Origin: an uncultured Chlamydiae bacterium
Lineage (GTDB): Bacteria > Chlamydiota > Chlamydiia > Chlamydiales > Parachlamydiaceae
DNA: 64,000 nucleotides
NCBI GenBank assembly: GCA_963830365.1
Contig: CAWHMU010000018.1
Location: 1 to 64,000, forward strand
Direction: 5' to 3'
Part shown: piece by piece, positions 60,321 through 64,000 of the stretch
Numbering within the stretch: the first letter of the stretch is position 1
How the letters are laid out: each line of letters begins with the position of its first letter
Notes under the pieces: generated by a model
Seen by the model: the letters and a program-made list of their open reading frames with translations, nothing else
What the model was told of the DNA's origin: nothing
Database searches by the model: none
Made by a program: the position numbers and the translations under genes

Positions 60321-62918
60321 GTGATGAGTCCAAACTTCACCGATAGTGCATCAAACGCCATCCAACAGGCTTTTACCGATGCCCAGCGGCGTCAAAACAC
60401 CGAAGTCACCGACAATCATCTGCTACTGGCCTTCCTGCAAGAACCTGAAGGCTATTTCAATTCCATCCTGACAAGCCTCAACGCCAAACCCGCCGCGCTT
60501 ATCCAGAAGGTAGAACAGGAGCTAAGCCGCCTGCCGACCTTCAGCGGACCAGACCAGCCACCAGCCACCGCTCGCAGCCTGCAAAATCGTATCGCCGAGG
60601 CCCAAAGCATCGCCCAAAAGTGGAACGACTCCTACATCAGCAGCGACCACTTCCTACTCGCCTATTGGAAAAGCAGCAGCGAACCCTTTTCACAATGGAA
60701 GCAAAGCACCGGCATCACCATCAATCAACTAGAAGAAACCATCAAAAAAATCCGCGGAGACCGCCATATGGATTCCCCAAGCGCCGAAGCCAGCCTGCAG
60801 ACACTGGAAAAATTCTGCAAAAACCTCACCGCCTTGGCCCGCGCCGGCAAACTAGACCCCGTCATCGGCCGCGATGAAGAAATTCGCCGCACCATGCAGG
60901 TACTCAGCCGCCGCACCAAAAACAACCCCATGCTCATCGGCGATCCTGGCGTCGGCAAAACAGCCATCGCCGAAGGCCTGGCCCAACGCATCGTGCAAAA
61001 TGATGTCCCCGACTCCCTGCGCAACAAGCAACTGCTGGCCCTCGACATGGGCAGTCTGGTGGCCGGCACAAAATACCGCGGCGAATTCGAAGAGCGCTTG
61101 AAAGGCATCTTGCAGGATATCGACAAAAGCGATGGCCAGGTTATCCTGTTCATCGATGAGGTGCATACCCTCATCGGCGCCGGCGCAAGCGAAGGCTCCA
61201 TGGACGCGGCCAACCTGCTCAAACCCGCCCTTGCCCGCGGCACCCTGCATTGCATCGGCGCCACCACCCTCAACGAATACAAAAAGTATATCGAAAAAGA
61301 TGCCGCCCTGGAACGGCGCTTCCAGCCCGTACTCATCAATGAACCCACCCTCGAAGACTCCATCGCCATCTTGCGCGGCCTGCGCGAACGCTACGAAATC
61401 TTCCACGGCGTGCATATCACCGAATCTGCCATCCATGCCGCCGTCTTTTTATCCTATCGCTATATCACCGACCGCCAGCTGCCGGACAAAGCTATCGACC
61501 TCATCGATGAGGCCGCCAGCTTGATCCGTATGCAGCTGGGCAGCCGTCCATTGCCTATCGATACCAAGGAAAGGGAGCTTGCCTCCCTGATCGTAGAGAC
61601 CGAAGCCTTAAAACGCGAAAATACCGCCAACTCCAAAGCCGCGGCCGCCAAGCTCGAAGGCAAAATCGCCCAAATCAAGGAAGAACTCTCCGTCCTGCGC
61701 CACCAGTGGGAACAGGAAAAGAAGCTTATCGAAAGCCTAAAAGAAAAGAAAAACACGCTAGAACAGCTGCGCTTCCAGGAAGAAGAATACGAACGCAAAG
61801 TGGACTACAATAAAGTCGCCGAACTGCGCTATCAAAAGATCCCTGAACTGCAAAAAGAAATCGAAGCCACCCAGAAACAGCTGGATGAAAAACCCAACCG
61901 CCTGCTGCAGGAAGAAGTCGATGAAAACCTGATCGCTCAAATCGTCTCCAAATGGACCGGCATCCCGGTAAGCAAAATGCTGGAAGGCGAAGCCGAACGC
62001 CTGCTGCATCTGGAAAAGGAACTGGAAAAACGCGTCGTCGGCCAAGATCTGGCCGTCACCGCCGTCAGCGAAGCCATCCGCCGCTCCCGCTCCGGACTCA
62101 GCGATCCCGGCCGGCCTATGGGAGCCTTTCTTTTCATGGGACCAACCGGCGTCGGCAAGACGGAACTTGCCAAGGCCCTGGCAGAGCAGCTCTTCAACCA
62201 GGAAGAAGCTTTGATCCGTCTCGACATGTCGGAATACATGGAAAAACATAGCGTCTCCAAGCTCATCGGCTCCCCACCAGGCTATGTGGGCTATGATGAA
62301 GGCGGACAGCTCACCGAAGCCTTAAGACGCCGCCCCTATGCCGTGGTGCTGTTTGACGAAATCGAAAAAGCCAACCCCGATGTCTTCAATATCCTACTGC
62401 AGATCTTTGACGACGGCCGCATCACCGACAGCAAAGGGCGCACCGTCAACTGCAAGAACGCCCTCTTCATCATGACCTCAAATTTAGGCTCGGACCAGTT
62501 GCTTGAAAGCATGGAACACAGCCGCACGACACTCACTAAAGAGACCCTGATGGCCATCCTCGATCCCATCATCAAGACGCATTTCCGTCCGGAATTCATC
62601 AACCGTCTGGATGACATCCTGCCCTTCCTGCCGCTGCGCAAAGATGACATGCAGAAGATCGTCGAAATCCAGCTCGACCACCTCATCAAACGCCTGCGCG
62701 ACCGCCAAGTCACCCTAAAATGGTCTAAAGATGTTGTCAGTCACCTGGCAGAGGAGGGGTATGACCCCTTCTTCGGCGCACGCCCGCTGAAGCGCCTGAT
62801 CCAGCAGGACATCGTCAACATGCTTTCGAAAGCTATCCTCGAAGGGAAAATCCCACCCGGCAGCACTGTAGAAGTTAAATACGAGAAAGACGCCTTCAGC
62901 TACGCCGTGCACAAATAG
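60321..62918 (+). CDS. clpB: Chaperone ClpB
   Basis: [10 protein letters not shown], two Walker A motifs (GVGKT), middle coiled coil, GARPLKR. Confidence 0.97.
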   Translation: MMSPNFTDSASNAIQQAFTDAQRRQNTEVTDNHLLLAFLQEPEGYFNSILTSLNAKPAALIQKVEQELSRLPTFSGPDQPPATARSLQNRIAEAQSIAQKWNDSYISSDHFLLAYWKSSSEPFSQWKQSTGITINQLEETIKKIRGDRHMDSPSAEASLQTLEKFCKNLTALARAGKLDPVIGRDEEIRRTMQVLSRRTKNNPMLIGDPGVGKTAIAEGLAQRIVQNDVPDSLRNKQLLALDMGSLVAGTKYRGEFEERLKGILQDIDKSDGQVILFIDEVHTLIGAGASEGSMDAANLLKPALARGTLHCIGATTLNEYKKYIEKDAALERRFQPVLINEPTLEDSIAILRGLRERYEIFHGVHITESAIHAAVFLSYRYITDRQLPDKAIDLIDEAASLIRMQLGSRPLPIDTKERELASLIVETEALKRENTANSKAAAAKLEGKIAQIKEELSVLRHQWEQEKKLIESLKEKKNTLEQLRFQEEEYERKVDYNKVAELRYQKIPELQKEIEATQKQLDEKPNRLLQEEVDENLIAQIVSKWTGIPVSKMLEGEAERLLHLEKELEKRVVGQDLAVTAVSEAIRRSRSGLSDPGRPMGAFLFMGPTGVGKTELAKALAEQLFNQEEALIRLDMSEYMEKHSVSKLIGSPPGYVGYDEGGQLTEALRRRPYAVVLFDEIEKANPDVFNILLQIFDDGRITDSKGRTVNCKNALFIMTSNLGSDQLLESMEHSRTTLTKETLMAILDPIIKTHFRPEFINRLDDILPFLPLRKDDMQKIVEIQLDHLIKRLRDRQVTLKWSKDVVSHLAEEGYDPFFGARPLKRLIQQDIVNMLSKAILEGKIPPGSTVEVKYEKDAFSYAVHK

Positions 62919-62944
62919 CCTAAACCATCATGCAAGGAAATGTC

Positions 62945-63280
62945 ATGTCGGAATTCATCGAGATCCATTGGACCAGCGGCAGCATCGACGAGGCGCGCAA
63001 GGTAGCCCGCTACCTCGTGCAGGAAAACTATGTCGCCTGCGCCCAGATCGTACCGTGGATCGAATCGATCTACACATGGAATGGACAGCTCGAGACCACG
63101 CAGGAAAGCAAAATCGTCTTCAAGACGCGCCGCGACAACTACGACGCCATCAAAAAAATCATCATGGAAAATTGCAGCTACCAGGTACCGGAAATCTCCT
63201 ACCACTTTATCGACGGCGCCAATGAAGAATACCTGCAGTGGATGCGCGACAGCACGAAAGAGACACAAAGCCTCAAATAG
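62945..63280 (+). CDS. cutA: Divalent-cation tolerance protein CutA
   Basis: VACAQI, ESIYTWNG, KT, YQVPEI. Confidence 0.9.
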   Translation: MSEFIEIHWTSGSIDEARKVARYLVQENYVACAQIVPWIESIYTWNGQLETTQESKIVFKTRRDNYDAIKKIIMENCSYQVPEISYHFIDGANEEYLQWMRDSTKETQSLK

Positions 63281-63515
63281 ACTCTCGCATGAGCTGTTTG
63301 ATCTTGGTCTGATACGGAATACCTTCAAGACTGGCTTTCTGCTGGAAGGCCTTCAGCAGCGAGGGTTCAACCTTTAGGCTAATCAGCTGGCATTTCTCAG
63401 GCACTGAGGCCACAAGCTCACGGTAATTCTCAAGAAATTCAAGAATCTGATCCGGCGTCATGCCTTTACACCGCTTAAGATACTCTTCTGTAAAATATTG
63501 AACCGTTTTCTTCAT
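63273..63515 (-). CDS. Small CopG/BrnA-like ribbon-helix-helix protein, candidate antitoxin
   Basis: LISLKV..LLKAF..KA..EGIPYQT.IKQLM. ATGA overlap with the upstream gene. Confidence 0.7.
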   Translation of the reverse strand: MKKTVQYFTEEYLKRCKGMTPDQILEFLENYRELVASVPEKCQLISLKVEPSLLKAFQQKASLEGIPYQTKIKQLMRESI

Positions 63516-63970
63516 AATCCCTCCAATGCCTTCACGTCTGACAAATCCTGGGGACGTCCCGAGGCCTTTTTCATGGCGATCAAATCATCCAGAGCTAAAA
63601 TCTTCAACTGGCCGCCAGCGGTCTTAATCGTTTTTGTATGCGCATTCTTCAGGTCATAGGTAACGATAAGATCAACCTGTCTGAGCGGGTTGCTAGGATC
63701 ATAAAAATTCCAGCCTATCAGATGCCGCTCGCGGATGTAATCATCTCTAAAATGAAACAGATTTTTTGCATTTATTGGGATTAAAGAAACAAGTCCCAGC
63801 TCTGTCAAAGCTTTTTCGGCCTTTTCAAGGTTCTTGAGAGACCAGCGAATGACAAAATCCACATCAACGGTCCCTCTCACAGCACCATGAAGAGCCACAG
63901 CATACCCGCCTACGATGGCATAGGGTATTTTATATTTATTAAGGACCGCACAAACCTCGTGAATAAACAT
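63512..63970 (-). CDS. Pol-beta superfamily nucleotidyltransferase
   Basis: IVGGYAVALHG..RGT.DVD, LIAMK..SGRPQD. Confidence 0.8.
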   Translation of the reverse strand: MFIHEVCAVLNKYKIPYAIVGGYAVALHGAVRGTVDVDFVIRWSLKNLEKAEKALTELGLVSLIPINAKNLFHFRDDYIRERHLIGWNFYDPSNPLRQVDLIVTYDLKNAHTKTIKTAGGQLKILALDDLIAMKKASGRPQDLSDVKALEGL

Positions 63971-64000
63971 AGCAACCTGCCGTTTGTATACCTAGGTATA

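Noticed and set aside
1..64000. tRNA, rRNA, transposase, integrase or prophage genes
   Set aside because: None recognised by eye. A covariance or HMM scan would be needed to exclude them formally.

Overview
Chromosomal segment of an environmental chlamydia (Parachlamydiales-like). The assignment rests on the chlamydial gene order parC-parE-hemA and sctQ-pkn5-sctC, the Mcsc-dnaQ pair and a long-form IspG. Housekeeping genes (recX, parC, parE, hemA, asnS, nfo, fabI, folB, dnaQ, malQ, ispG, clpB, cutA) are interleaved with type III secretion genes, candidate effectors, and a more AT-rich glycan-modification island whose enzymes mostly carry N-terminal export-like signals. The non-coding DNA is the most unusual part. 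(i) A ~1.37 kb head-to-tail array of ~20 copies of a 67-bp double-hairpin, GTAG-footed REP-like unit shows compensatory stem changes. (ii) Many intergenic gaps hold short non-autonomous elements with terminal inverted repeats and visible 5-, 8- or 9-bp target-site duplications. These nest inside one another and share hairpin modules, and a tandem duplication preserves reciprocal filled and empty sites. No transposase, cas gene, tRNA or rRNA is visible in the window. Two genes (parC, pseB) are split by single-base homopolymer losses that look like sequencing errors. All protein calls come from motif recognition, not database searches.
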